This document shows, one piece after another, positions 17,057-26,078 of a DNA stretch of 64,000 nucleotides. A program made the translations under genes and the position numbers. Every line of letters starts with the position of its first letter. Positions within the stretch are counted from its first letter, which is position 1. Source of the stretch: an uncultured Gammaproteobacteria bacterium (GTDB lineage Bacteria > Patescibacteriota > Microgenomatia > UBA8517); the NCBI GenBank assembly GCA_964599625.1, contig CAZRGC010000002.1:7883-71882 (forward strand), written 5' to 3'. The notes below the pieces were generated by a model. It was given only the letters and a program-made list of their open reading frames with translations, did not search any database and was not told where the DNA came from.

Positions 17057-18010
17057 CTACGCCTTCGTGTAAAACACGGATCTTCCGCGGCCCTGGGAGA
17101 GAAGTAGCCCCAGGTTCATAAGTTTGGAAAGGTCCCTGGAAGCTGTAATTTGCGAAACCCCAAACATTTTTTGATAATCTTTATTTGTGATTTTGGTGCC
17201 AGGTTTATCCATTTGTGCTAATAATTCCTTTTGCCTGATACTTAGCTTGACCAACGACTCACTTCGTTTATGGGGGACTGTTATTTTTTGGATAATGTCC
17301 AGAGTTTTTTCCAACGCCTGAACCATGCCGTCCGCATAATACTCTAGCCAAGTGGTTATTCCGGGATTTACAGAAAATTTACTTGTAAATGCAGTGTATT
17401 TTTCAATGTTTAACTTATGAAACATATCTACGCTGTACATTCCCCGAATGTCATAGCCATTTTTGTAAAGTGTAAGGTAAGCCAATAGCCCTGCAACCAT
17501 GTTGTTTCCATATTCCAAAAGCCTTGCGCTTACAAACTCGGAGTGCATTATGCCTGCAAGGACAATCGGATGGTCTTTACCCTGATTAAGGAAGTTGAGT
17601 GCGTTAACAACCATTTTGGTCGACATATCTGTAACACCTTTCATCTTTCCCATGTAAGGCTTGCAAGCCAATAAATATATTTTTTTAACAGTATCTGTTG
17701 TTATTGGGTTTGGGTTAACAGTCCATTCTTCGTGTATATAATCAAAAAATTTTTTTAATGCAAAGATTTTTAGTTGAATTTGAGTTGGTTTCTTGGGGAA
17801 GGGGGATTCCAATATCTTTTCTATTTCGTATGGTTCCATATCATCACCATCCAAAGAAAGAATCCATCTGATTTTGTCTATTCTAAAAAACCACAAAAGG
17901 TCTCGCTCTACTTTGGTATTAATTGGGGTCGTTAATATTTTTATTCTAAGTCTGTCGGCGTTTGCCAACGATGATTTTATCTTTTCTGTAAGAGTATATG
18001 AGGTGTTCAT
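17057..18010 (-). CDS. Fic/DOC family protein with degenerate Fic motif and C-terminal winged HTH
   Basis: 317 aa; C-terminal KDYQKMFGVSQITASRDLSKLMNLGLLLSQGRGRSVFY typical of Fic-family wHTH; the HPFx(D/E)GNGR position reads ARLLEYGNNMVAG (no His/Arg). Confidence 0.6.
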   Translation of the reverse strand: MNTSYTLTEKIKSSLANADRLRIKILTTPINTKVERDLLWFFRIDKIRWILSLDGDDMEPYEIEKILESPFPKKPTQIQLKIFALKKFFDYIHEEWTVNPNPITTDTVKKIYLLACKPYMGKMKGVTDMSTKMVVNALNFLNQGKDHPIVLAGIMHSEFVSARLLEYGNNMVAGLLAYLTLYKNGYDIRGMYSVDMFHKLNIEKYTAFTSKFSVNPGITTWLEYYADGMVQALEKTLDIIQKITVPHKRSESLVKLSIRQKELLAQMDKPGTKITNKDYQKMFGVSQITASRDLSKLMNLGLLLSQGRGRSVFYTKA

Positions 18011-18248
18011 GGTGTATTACATTTTTTGTATCATATACTTATCATTGAGTCAAATTTTTTAGATATTAAAAAATCGAGGCTATTTTATAAAAAATGATAA
18101 GATTACGATAAGATTAAATATATCATCAAATACCCATTGACAGGATTATTACTATAGTAGGATACTTAATGTAGATTATTAGCTGCCCGCTTCAATAATT
18201 TAAAAAGAATCGGACAACTCTTGATCTTTAGAATGGAGGTGATCCGAC

Positions 18249-18389
18249 TTGTTTAACAACATTGGTACGTCAGAATTAGTAGTAATCGCATTAGTATTGT
18301 TGTTGCTTTTTGGTGGCAAAAAGCTCCCGGAGTTGGCACGAGGAATTGGCGACTCTATTAGGGAATTTAAAAAGGCCGTCAAAAGCTAG
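18249..18389 (+). CDS. tatA: twin-arginine translocase subunit TatA (paralog 1), TTG start
   Basis: (M)[45 protein letters not shown]; ggaggtga RBS 9 nt upstream; below the ORF-track size cutoff. Confidence 0.7.
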   Translation: MFNNIGTSELVVIALVLLLLFGGKKLPELARGIGDSIREFKKAVKS

Positions 18390-18399
18390 TCACATAAAA

Positions 18400-20955
18400 A
18401 TGAAAAACGCCAGAACTGTCCTACGCGTTTTCTCTCTGGCATTGAGTCTCTATCTGGCTGCAGCTTATTTTTTGGAAAGTGAAGTCCAAGCCGCAGCCGG
18501 GGGGATTCAAAGTTGTACTGTTGGTTCCACCTGCAAGGTGGGCGAGTTTTTGTATGATGACACTTCCACCCCAATATCCGGTGCAAGCTGTACTATAACC
18601 TCCAAGTATCCCGATAATTCAAGTTTTCTTTCGTCTCAGGCTATGAGTGGGGGTGGGGCAGATGGCTGGTATTATCATGAATTTACAACACCGTCTACAA
18701 CTGGCGTGTATCCAACTAGTGTTTGTTGCACCACAAGCGGTGACACACTTTGTATCGACAAAGGTTTTGAGTCAAAAGCCGCAAGTGCTACCGACACAGC
18801 ATCAATTGCATCCGCCGTATGGTCATATTCATCAAGAACGGTGTCTTCGTTTGGAACGCTGATTTCGGATATTTGGAATAACGCAACAAGAACAATTACG
18901 GGTGCAGGTCTATCAAGCGGACAACTTGCAACTCAAGATGATGTTGTTTCGGTCAGAAATAATGTAAATACCCTGCAAGATACTGTTGACAATCTTTCGG
19001 AGACAAACGGAGATCTAACTTCCATTGAGAAAAAAGTTGATGAGAACCGAATACTCCTGGAAAAGATAGTAAACAAACCGATTATCGAAAACGTATTGGA
19101 GGACACAACACCGGATCTAACTCAAAAAATAAAAGACTCCAGGGCGGTTGCTAATCAGTTGTTTGTGAATAATCAATTCCTTACTGCACAGAGCGCGCTT
19201 TTGAGTTCAAAGTTGTCGGGTCTTTCCGGGCGGGACACATTGAATTTTGTGATTTCATTATCCGGAATAGTGGGTGAACCTTCCGATACATCAAGCGCCA
19301 ATACAATGTTTGGCCAGGTGAACTTTCTCAGAGATTCGTGGAATTGGGAGGAGGCGGATCTTTTGCAGACAAAGCTTACTTCTGTCCAAAAGAGCCTTTC
19401 GGATTTGCAATCGGGCCTTGTAGATTACGAAAAAACTCCGCAAATGGCCTTTACGGTTAAACAAGTTGTCAAAGATTCACTGGCATTCGAAAAAGTTGTG
19501 GGAACAACGGTAGACAAAGAAGGTAAAAAGACTGTTTTCTCCAGGCTTTTATACACAGAAGGACTTGTTGCCAAACTTGATGAACGTGGCAAACAAGCGC
19601 AGTTGGTGTTGGGTGAGTATACAAAAACAAAAGATGACGCGACTGCCATCTCCAAAATATCCGACCTTAAGGCTCAGGTGATTGCCATAAACAAGGTTCC
19701 ATCTGTGGCATCAAGCCTTGTTGCAGTAAAACTTGACGGAGAAAAATCGATTAAAAACTCTCTCTTGGGTTTAATTGGTGTTGTCAATTCCAACAAAAAA
19801 CTTTTGGCCCTTGGGTCCGGGGAGACATTGGTTAATACCTGGTTGGAGTTGGGCAGTATCGTATTCAAAACAATTGCCACAAATCCGTCGACATTGATTT
19901 CGCAGGATGTGGAAATTAAGTACTATCTGCCCAAAGAGATAAGGCAGGAAGACGTTATCAAGACAGATGCCGGTCTTGAAGCAAAGTACGATGCGGAAAA
20001 AGATCAGATGTTTGTCCAGGGAAAGTTTAACCTTAAACCGGGTCAAACAAGAACATTCGAGATCGAAACCAAAGACATATGGGAAGTTACGCCCCAAGAA
20101 ATCGCAAGTTTCCGCTCGGAGATCAACGACCTTTTTAAGCCGTTGGAGAAAACAGCCTTCTTTGCTCAAGGTATAAGCCTGAAAAGCGACGCGCTTGCCT
20201 CACTTGACCAGATTGAGGCATTGCAGGCAAATGCAATAACACCTGAGGACAAAATTAGGTCTTATAGAGAGGCTGATATTCTTAAAAATTCAGTAGAAAC
20301 AAAAGTTGCCGGATTAAGGGACTTGGTTGCTCAGGCGAGCTCCGCCGGGAGCATGCTTGGGTTCGTTGGTGGCTCACAAACAATCGCCGTTTGGGGGATG
20401 ATAATAATGGTGGTTGCGGGATTTGTTGTTCTTTTGACCTACATGAAGTCTTTGATGTCGCCCAAAAAAGTCCAAAAGGTTAAAGAAGAAAAATCGGATG
20501 TTGTTAAGGCGGAGAAGCCTGTGTCTGCCAATCATGGCAAAAAAGGGTTGCACCCATTTGGTTTTGCTGCAATTGTGATTGCCACAAGTGCGGTAACCGC
20601 AGGTGCAACAACATATCTTGTCACAAAATCCGTATCCCAAACTTACGAAGCAAAACTCAAAGTTTTGGGTGAACAAACAGAGAAAAAAGAGTCCGAAGAA
20701 AAAATAAATTACGCGACTCCGGATGCTTCGCCTGCACCTGAAAGTTTTGGAGTAGGTGGGCAATACACAGTTGTCGTAAACGATACACCAACCGGATATC
20801 TCAAGGTAAGATCTTCCCCGGGCGGTGTCGAAATAGGGCATGTTATTCCTGGCGACAAACTAATGTATATAAGCGAGAATACGGATTGGTATCAAGTTGA
20901 GCTTAAGTCGGGGGACACCGGATGGATCTCCAAAAAATATTCAGTGATGGAGTGA
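18400..20955 (+). CDS. large surface protein: signal peptide, Cys-containing N-domain, long helical region, TM segment, C-terminal SH3b domain
   Basis: Likely start MKNARTVLRVFSLALSLYLAAAYF at 18400, 10 nt after the tatA stop; C-terminal GYLKVRSSPGGVEIGHVIPGDKLMYISENTDWYQVELKSGDTGWISKKY is SH3_3-like. Confidence 0.6.
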   Translation: MKNARTVLRVFSLALSLYLAAAYFLESEVQAAAGGIQSCTVGSTCKVGEFLYDDTSTPISGASCTITSKYPDNSSFLSSQAMSGGGADGWYYHEFTTPSTTGVYPTSVCCTTSGDTLCIDKGFESKAASATDTASIASAVWSYSSRTVSSFGTLISDIWNNATRTITGAGLSSGQLATQDDVVSVRNNVNTLQDTVDNLSETNGDLTSIEKKVDENRILLEKIVNKPIIENVLEDTTPDLTQKIKDSRAVANQLFVNNQFLTAQSALLSSKLSGLSGRDTLNFVISLSGIVGEPSDTSSANTMFGQVNFLRDSWNWEEADLLQTKLTSVQKSLSDLQSGLVDYEKTPQMAFTVKQVVKDSLAFEKVVGTTVDKEGKKTVFSRLLYTEGLVAKLDERGKQAQLVLGEYTKTKDDATAISKISDLKAQVIAINKVPSVASSLVAVKLDGEKSIKNSLLGLIGVVNSNKKLLALGSGETLVNTWLELGSIVFKTIATNPSTLISQDVEIKYYLPKEIRQEDVIKTDAGLEAKYDAEKDQMFVQGKFNLKPGQTRTFEIETKDIWEVTPQEIASFRSEINDLFKPLEKTAFFAQGISLKSDALASLDQIEALQANAITPEDKIRSYREADILKNSVETKVAGLRDLVAQASSAGSMLGFVGGSQTIAVWGMIIMVVAGFVVLLTYMKSLMSPKKVQKVKEEKSDVVKAEKPVSANHGKKGLHPFGFAAIVIATSAVTAGATTYLVTKSVSQTYEAKLKVLGEQTEKKESEEKINYATPDASPAPESFGVGGQYTVVVNDTPTGYLKVRSSPGGVEIGHVIPGDKLMYISENTDWYQVELKSGDTGWISKKYSVME

Positions 20956-20958
20956 TCT

Positions 20959-21348
20959 TCAGATATAGGAGTTATACAACCAGTGAACAAAGATTGCTAC
21001 AATGGTTGCTATCAAAGACGTAAGGTAACCCCTCCTGGTACCCAAATAAATGATTAAAAACGTAAATGAATGGAGAACCGATGTAAGCAAGAAACGGACC
21101 CCCAAAAGCCTCACATCGCCGTACAGGTTAATTTTAAAGATATATAACACCGTCTCTGACATTGCAAAAAAAACACCTGCAAGTAGTGCGGATTTTATTC
21201 CATTTTTTTGTGATGGTCCGCGGTTAATAATAAATAAAACTACTGCAAGTTTAAAAAGCTCTTCAACAAAATGGGGGTAGGGAAGGAGAAGCTCAATAGG
21301 CCACACCAAAAAAGGTCCAAAAAGGGAGAACAATAGAGAATAGTGCAT
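20959..21348 (-). CDS. small polytopic membrane protein (hypothetical)
   Basis: 129 aa, 4 TM helices. Confidence 0.45.
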   Translation of the reverse strand: MHYSLLFSLFGPFLVWPIELLLPYPHFVEELFKLAVVLFIINRGPSQKNGIKSALLAGVFFAMSETVLYIFKINLYGDVRLLGVRFLLTSVLHSFTFLIIYLGTRRGYLTSLIATIVAIFVHWLYNSYI

Positions 21349-21423
21349 AGCGTTTAGCGTATAGTTCTAATCTTGGTTCCTAACTAACTATACCCTATAC
21401 GCTGTAATCTATGCCCATGTTTT

Positions 21424-21562
21424 ATTTTTTGGTCGATTTCTTGAATTCGCGGATAGCGTCTCCTATTCCTTTTCCAAGTTCGGGAAGTTTTTTGCCTCCG
21501 AAAAGGACCAAAAGAATTACAAAAATAACTACCAATTCTGTCATGCCGATATTTTTAAACAT
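21424..21562 (-). CDS. tatA: TatA (paralog 2)
   Basis: [46 protein letters not shown]; immediately downstream of tatC; not in the ORF track (under 60 aa). Confidence 0.7.
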
Positions 21563-21590
21563 TTTTTTGCACCCCCTTTCAATAAACCAA

Positions 21591-22331
21591 TTACTCTTTA
21601 ATCAAAATCCTGCTCAATATTAATGTAACCTCGAATAAAATTACAAGAGGCATCGCCAGAAGAATATCTGCAAGAATTGAATCGATTGGCAAAAGTACAG
21701 CAAATACCAGTGCGCCAAAGTATACCCATTTGCGCTGTTTTTCTATTTGTGGGCGTTTGAGAGCTTTGAATTTCATCAAAAGGAGAAGAACTATCGGGAA
21801 CTGGAAACCAACACCAAGTATGGCCGATGACATAAGAACAACAGATAAAAGTCTGCTTATATCCAATATGTTTCCGATACCCAAAGATGTGGATTGAGAC
21901 AGAAATATCTCGATTTGCCATTTCATTATGAACGCACCGAAACTAAAACCAACCAGGAAAAGTACTATTGAGAACGGTAGAAAATAAAGAAGGGCTTTGT
22001 ACTCTGAACTTTTGAGCGCGGGTTTAAGAAAAGACAATATTTGAGAAATTATCAGCGGAAAAGCAAGGACTATGCCGGTTATAAATCCGCAGGAGAATGC
22101 CAAATTAATAAATTGGAATGGGGATGTAAAAACTATGTTGATACCTTTAAGGCTAAATATATCTACAACAAAACCAATTATTTTTTCGTAAAAAACAAAA
22201 CCTGCTAATGCACCTATCAAAAAAACTGAAGCTGCAAAAAAAACTCTTTTTCTGGCCTCCAATAGCAGGGGATAATACTTGTTTATAGTCTCTTGCATAG
22301 TAGCACCTCCAAGCAATCCTTTTTCATCCAT
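21591..22331 (-). CDS. tatC: twin-arginine translocase subunit TatC
   Basis: 246 aa, 6 TM helices, typical TatC layout. Confidence 0.8.
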   Translation of the reverse strand: MDEKGLLGGATMQETINKYYPLLLEARKRVFFAASVFLIGALAGFVFYEKIIGFVVDIFSLKGINIVFTSPFQFINLAFSCGFITGIVLAFPLIISQILSFLKPALKSSEYKALLYFLPFSIVLFLVGFSFGAFIMKWQIEIFLSQSTSLGIGNILDISRLLSVVLMSSAILGVGFQFPIVLLLLMKFKALKRPQIEKQRKWVYFGALVFAVLLPIDSILADILLAMPLVILFEVTLILSRILIKE

Positions 22332-22388
22332 AGTATGAGTTTAAGAAAGAAGCGAGGTTAGTGCAAGTAAATCAAAGAAAAAGTAGAG

Positions 22389-22547
22389 TTATTCTTCTTT
22401 TTCGTCACCGTCGTCTTTAGAAGCTTTTTTATATTCTTGAATTGACTGACCCAAACCTTTGAAGAACTCGGGAATTTTTCTCCCTCCAAAAAGGAAGATA
22501 AGTATTAAAGCTATTACAATAATTTCACCAAGTCCAATTCCTGTCAT
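22389..22547 (-). CDS. tatA: TatA (paralog 3)
   Basis: MTGIGLGEIIVIALILIFLFGGRKIPEFFKGLGQSIQEYKKASKDDGDEKEE; 2 nt downstream of paralog 4. Confidence 0.7.
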   Translation of the reverse strand: MTGIGLGEIIVIALILIFLFGGRKIPEFFKGLGQSIQEYKKASKDDGDEKEE

Positions 22548-22549
22548 TT

Positions 22550-22750
22550 TTATTCTTCTTTTTCTTCCTCGTCTTTTTCTACACTATCTTTGGCGTCCTT
22601 GAAGTCGTCTTTTATTTTTTTGAACTCTTTTGTGGTTTCACCGGCTGCTTTGCCAAGCTCAACAATTTTTTTGCTTCCGAAGAAAACGATAATGATAACC
22701 CCAATTACTATTAGTTCGCCGAGTCCGATATTTTTAATGAAATTGAACAT
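22550..22750 (-). CDS. tatA: TatA (paralog 4)
   Basis: MFNFIKNIGLGELIVIGVIIIVFFGSKKIVELGKAAGETTKEFKKIKDD... acidic tail. Confidence 0.7.
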   Translation of the reverse strand: MFNFIKNIGLGELIVIGVIIIVFFGSKKIVELGKAAGETTKEFKKIKDDFKDAKDSVEKDEEEKEE

Positions 22751-22761
22751 GCTACAAGTGC

Positions 22762-22790
22762 ATACTATGACTAACTAAATCAAAATGCAA
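22762..22790 (-). promoter_or_regulatory. candidate promoter of the tatA-tatA-tatC-tatA operon (near-leaderless)
   Basis: Minus strand TTGCAT, 17 nt, TAGTAT, about 12 nt to the ATG. Confidence 0.25.
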
Positions 22791-22802
22791 GTAGTAAAAA
22801 TA

Positions 22803-22836
22803 GGGGTTAGGGATTAGTGATTAGGGTATAGTTGGG
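22803..22836. repeat. left inverted repeat of the AGTGATTAGGG family
   Basis: ggggttagggattagtgattagggtatagttgggg. Confidence 0.55.
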
Positions 22837-22848
22837 GACAGGGAGTTG

Positions 22849-23241
22849 TTACCGCTTGTAGGCCATTACATATAACATCTTGATGATTTCAGTTAATAGA
22901 ATAATGACATTGTCGAATTCTTCATTGGAGACAAAATCGAGCTCTTTGGCGATAATTAGTTGTGTTTCAACTTCAAGAGATGAGCCATAAGCAATCGAGT
23001 AAAACTGAATATATTCTTTATGAGATCTGCGGCCATATCCTTCTGCAATGTTGGATGCTATTGAGATAGAAGCACGCCTAATTTGGTCTGTTAATGAGTA
23101 AATCTCTGTTTTTGGAAACTTTTTTGTTAGTTTGTAAACAGTTTTTGTGAGGACTATCGACTTTTGCCATACAACCAAGTCTTTGTACGTCAGTATTTTG
23201 TGTCCTTGTGCCATAACTATTCTCAAATCTCTAATCACCAT
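22849..23241 (-). CDS. four-helix-bundle protein of the 23S rRNA intervening-sequence / Avd-like family
   Basis: 130 aa; DLVVWQKS ... FPKTEIYSLTDQIRRASISIASNIAEGYGRRSHKEYIQFYSIAYGSSLEVETQL matches the PF05635-type signature (recalled). Confidence 0.75.
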   Translation of the reverse strand: MVIRDLRIVMAQGHKILTYKDLVVWQKSIVLTKTVYKLTKKFPKTEIYSLTDQIRRASISIASNIAEGYGRRSHKEYIQFYSIAYGSSLEVETQLIIAKELDFVSNEEFDNVIILLTEIIKMLYVMAYKR

Positions 23242-23303
23242 TTCCTAATCACTTTGTTCCTGTTCTATTAACTATTCCCTAGTCCCTAATCTCTAATCAC
23301 TAC
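23229..23303. repeat. right inverted repeats of the same family (several CTAATCAC(T/C) / CCCTAATC copies)
   Basis: ctaatcacc (23231-23239), cctaatcact (23244-23253), ccctagtccctaatctctaatcactac (23277-23303). Confidence 0.55.
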
Positions 23304-24598
23304 TTAAGAGAGGCAATTGTCGCTTTTACTTTTGCATCCTTTAGGTTGCGCCCTGCAGTGCCTGGAGTTACATGGCCGGAGATAACCTCGTCCCAGACGG
23401 CATCGGCAATTGCGCTAGCCGACTCTCCGCCTGCTTGAGTTTCTATAAATGTTCCTGTTCCGTTGTCGCGGGTTGCCGCAACAGAGTTGCCAGAGAAGGT
23501 GTGATTGAGTCTGACTCCCGTTCTTGTTACGCCGGTTCCCACATCAATCCCATAACCGGTGTTGTTGAATATAAGATTTGTTTCAAAAATATTGTCGGTG
23601 ACACCTGACCCGGAAAGGTCGATTCCGTCTGCGCCGTTGCCTGAAAGAATACTTTGTCTCACATTTAGTTTTGTTGTGGTTGCACCAATTTTTATTCCTG
23701 TTCCGGTAGAATCTTCAATTGCGCAGGTGTCAATTTGAGTCCTTGAGGAGCTACTGATATCTATTCCGTTTCCTGTGACTGATTTGATCCAACAGTTTTT
23801 GACGAGGCAATTATCGCCGGTAATTGTTATCCCGTTATCTGTTCCACCGGCTGCAGTTTGTACATAAAACCCTTCAAACTCCACCGTGTCACCGCTGATG
23901 TTGACGGTTGGGGACCCATTTGTTGTTGGAACGAGTTGGAACTGATATCCTGCACCCCGGACTTTGAGTCCTGCTTTGGTAATTGTCAGTTTTTCTGTTG
24001 TGGTTGTGACACCACCACTTGCCGTGGCGAGTGCAAAAATAATATCTCCCGCACCGGCTGTGGCCAGAGTTTGAGCTTGGGCAAATGTTGCAACTGCCTT
24101 TGCGGGGGTAAGTCCGTCATTGGCATCACTGCCGCTTGTTGGATTCCAGTAATAAATTGTTCCGACACTTCTGCTTCTACCCCTCAGACTTTCCAACATG
24201 TAAAGTGTTGCATAATCTGCATCTGCTTGAATAATAGATGGGGAAGTGGATTGGGCAATGTTTACCTGAGTAAACGCGGTTGGTTTTATCGGGTTATTTG
24301 AATATTGATTAACAGCAACCAGGTTGCCTCCTGAAACCGTACAAAGAATTGTGTCAGGGCCGGATCTTGCCTCGAACGCAATGCGCCAGTCGTTAATAAG
24401 CTCCAAAGTGATACCGATGTAAGCGCCGCCACCTAGGGACTGTTTGCCATATGCGTTTGCAATATGGCCGTAATCAAGATTTTCCAGCCTTTCTTCGTAC
24501 ACCCGTATTTGGTTTACCAAATCCTGAATAGTTACGGATGTTTGGGGTGCATCTACTTGTATAACTTTTTCGTATTTGAAAAATGTAAGATTTGCCAT
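23300..24598 (-). CDS. right-handed beta-helix protein, phage tail-fibre/tailspike-like
   Basis: 432 aa; repeated NGITITGDNCLVKNCWIKSVTGNGIDISSSS / TGTGIKIG / GNGADGIDLSG / NNTGYGIDVG parallel beta-helix repeats. Confidence 0.65.
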   Translation of the reverse strand: MANLTFFKYEKVIQVDAPQTSVTIQDLVNQIRVYEERLENLDYGHIANAYGKQSLGGGAYIGITLELINDWRIAFEARSGPDTILCTVSGGNLVAVNQYSNNPIKPTAFTQVNIAQSTSPSIIQADADYATLYMLESLRGRSRSVGTIYYWNPTSGSDANDGLTPAKAVATFAQAQTLATAGAGDIIFALATASGGVTTTTEKLTITKAGLKVRGAGYQFQLVPTTNGSPTVNISGDTVEFEGFYVQTAAGGTDNGITITGDNCLVKNCWIKSVTGNGIDISSSSRTQIDTCAIEDSTGTGIKIGATTTKLNVRQSILSGNGADGIDLSGSGVTDNIFETNLIFNNTGYGIDVGTGVTRTGVRLNHTFSGNSVAATRDNGTGTFIETQAGGESASAIADAVWDEVISGHVTPGTAGRNLKDAKVKATIASLK

Positions 24599-24618
24599 AT
24601 TTTGTTAGCGATTTGAGA

Positions 24619-24637
24619 ATAGGGTATAGGGTGTAGT
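24619..24637. repeat. partial repeat-family copy (aatagggtatagggtgtag)
   Basis: Shares the agggtatag core with 22824-22834 and, as reverse complement, 21386-21402. Confidence 0.4.
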
Positions 24638-24670
24638 TTGGCTGTAAAACCGTACGCCAGACACCGTCTG

Positions 24671-25594
24671 CTATCTCGTAAATACTGAGACTTTTATTTT
24701 GGGAATCAAACTTCCGTTTTCTGTTTTGTAGGTAATATCAGGGTGGGCTTTTATCCCCAGGAAATTTTCAACGCCGATGTTTTTCAAAAGCGATGATCCT
24801 TTGTCTAGGCTAATCTCGGTAGAGCTTTCCTGAGAAAATGCCTGTTTGCCTGGATCGTAAATAAAATCTATTCTTTCTGCACTTATGTTTTGCCTAAGTT
24901 TATTAAGGTTCATCCCAGTTGAATTCAGAAGATTCCAGTCTTTGCTTTGTGCGTCATAAAATGACAGGGGAATAAGTCCTTTGTCAAAAAGAGCGACAAA
25001 GTGGCCAATGTGTTCCGCAATTTTAACTGCAAACTCGCCGATGCCAATACTTACTTGCGGGTTGTCCTTAAGATATTCCAATAGGTGCCTGTTTACCAGA
25101 AATATATTCCCTTTTTCATTTTGGGCAAAATATACATAGCTGTTGTTTAGCTGAAAAAGAGGGTTGAGTTTGTATTTGGCAAATATTCTTTTGGTGGCGG
25201 AATCTATGCCGTTTGGATTAAGTGTCAAAAGGTTTGCGTCGTTCACCAAGTAGGCTTGGGTTTGCGGATCAAATATCCTGAGTCCTATGTTTTTTGTAAC
25301 ATTTTTAAGAAGGTTTAACGAAACTCCGTCGTTCCAATCACACGTCAAGGTGATGTGATTTGATATTCTAGTATCAGTTAAATCATGTTTTATATTAGTA
25401 CTTAAAGAAGCGGTGAGGGGTGTTCCCACATAAAAAATAGTCGCAAAGTCGTCGCCTGTTTTTTTGACCTCTATTTCGCCAGTAAAAGTAATCAGGTAAT
25501 CTATTATTTTTTGAAGATTTTCCTTGGGGCTTGCTTCCATCCGTTCAACTGTAAGATGATATTGGACTTGTTTATCGAAATCTTTGTATATCAT
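24671..25594 (-). CDS. hypothetical protein
   Basis: 307-aa ORF; no motif recognised. Confidence 0.5.
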   Translation of the reverse strand: MIYKDFDKQVQYHLTVERMEASPKENLQKIIDYLITFTGEIEVKKTGDDFATIFYVGTPLTASLSTNIKHDLTDTRISNHITLTCDWNDGVSLNLLKNVTKNIGLRIFDPQTQAYLVNDANLLTLNPNGIDSATKRIFAKYKLNPLFQLNNSYVYFAQNEKGNIFLVNRHLLEYLKDNPQVSIGIGEFAVKIAEHIGHFVALFDKGLIPLSFYDAQSKDWNLLNSTGMNLNKLRQNISAERIDFIYDPGKQAFSQESSTEISLDKGSSLLKNIGVENFLGIKAHPDITYKTENGSLIPKIKVSVFTR

Positions 25595-25860
25595 TTGGCA
25601 GACCTCTTTAGCTTTTTAAAATATCGGGCCTCTTTTATATCTGCTTTAAGAGAGTTGACCATTTCTTGAATACGCTTTTTTTCTGTCATTTCTTTTTTGA
25701 TTGCATCTTTAAAAATTTGAATATTGGCATTTATCTTTTTCTTGTAACTCAGTAGATCTTTTACACCAAAGCTCCTGTCGATAATAACCTTGTTGGGGTC
25801 GTAGTTGGGGTTGGGGATAGTCCTGACTTTTAGAGCCGGTCTTTTTTTACTTGTTAGCAT
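25591..25860 (-). CDS. hypothetical basic protein
   Basis: 89 aa; overlaps its upstream neighbour by 4 nt. Confidence 0.4.
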   Translation of the reverse strand: MLTSKKRPALKVRTIPNPNYDPNKVIIDRSFGVKDLLSYKKKINANIQIFKDAIKKEMTEKKRIQEMVNSLKADIKEARYFKKLKRSAK

Positions 25861-26032
25861 CTATGATTGCAATTATTTGATAGAGTCTTTGAATCTCACG
25901 TTCTTCTTGTTTGTGTTGGCTTTCATCTTGAAACAAGCTAAGGTTTCTTTCCCTTTTTTCTATTTCTGCGGCTACAGAATCACGGTCGTACTGCATGGCT
26001 TCCTCTTTGGTTATGGGTTTGTAATCGTTCAC
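25847..26032 (-). CDS. hypothetical small charged protein
   Basis: 61 aa. Confidence 0.25.
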   Translation of the reverse strand: MNDYKPITKEEAMQYDRDSVAAEIEKRERNLSLFQDESQHKQEEREIQRLYQIIAIIDANK

Positions 26033-26078
26033 AGCACAAACATGTTAGCACACAGGTAAATTATTCAAAAGAAGGTGG

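Noticed and set aside
21411-21623. Plus-strand ORFs 21411..21623 and 22590..22778
   Set aside because: They are antisense to the tatA paralogs, and the TatA signature is on the minus strand.
22849-24598. Complete diversity-generating retroelement (Avd-like gene next to a possible target protein)
   Set aside because: No reverse transcriptase (YxDD) ORF appears anywhere in the window. There is no room for a template repeat, and I could not see a TR/VR pair with adenine-specific mismatches. Only the Avd/IVS-like family membership is retained.
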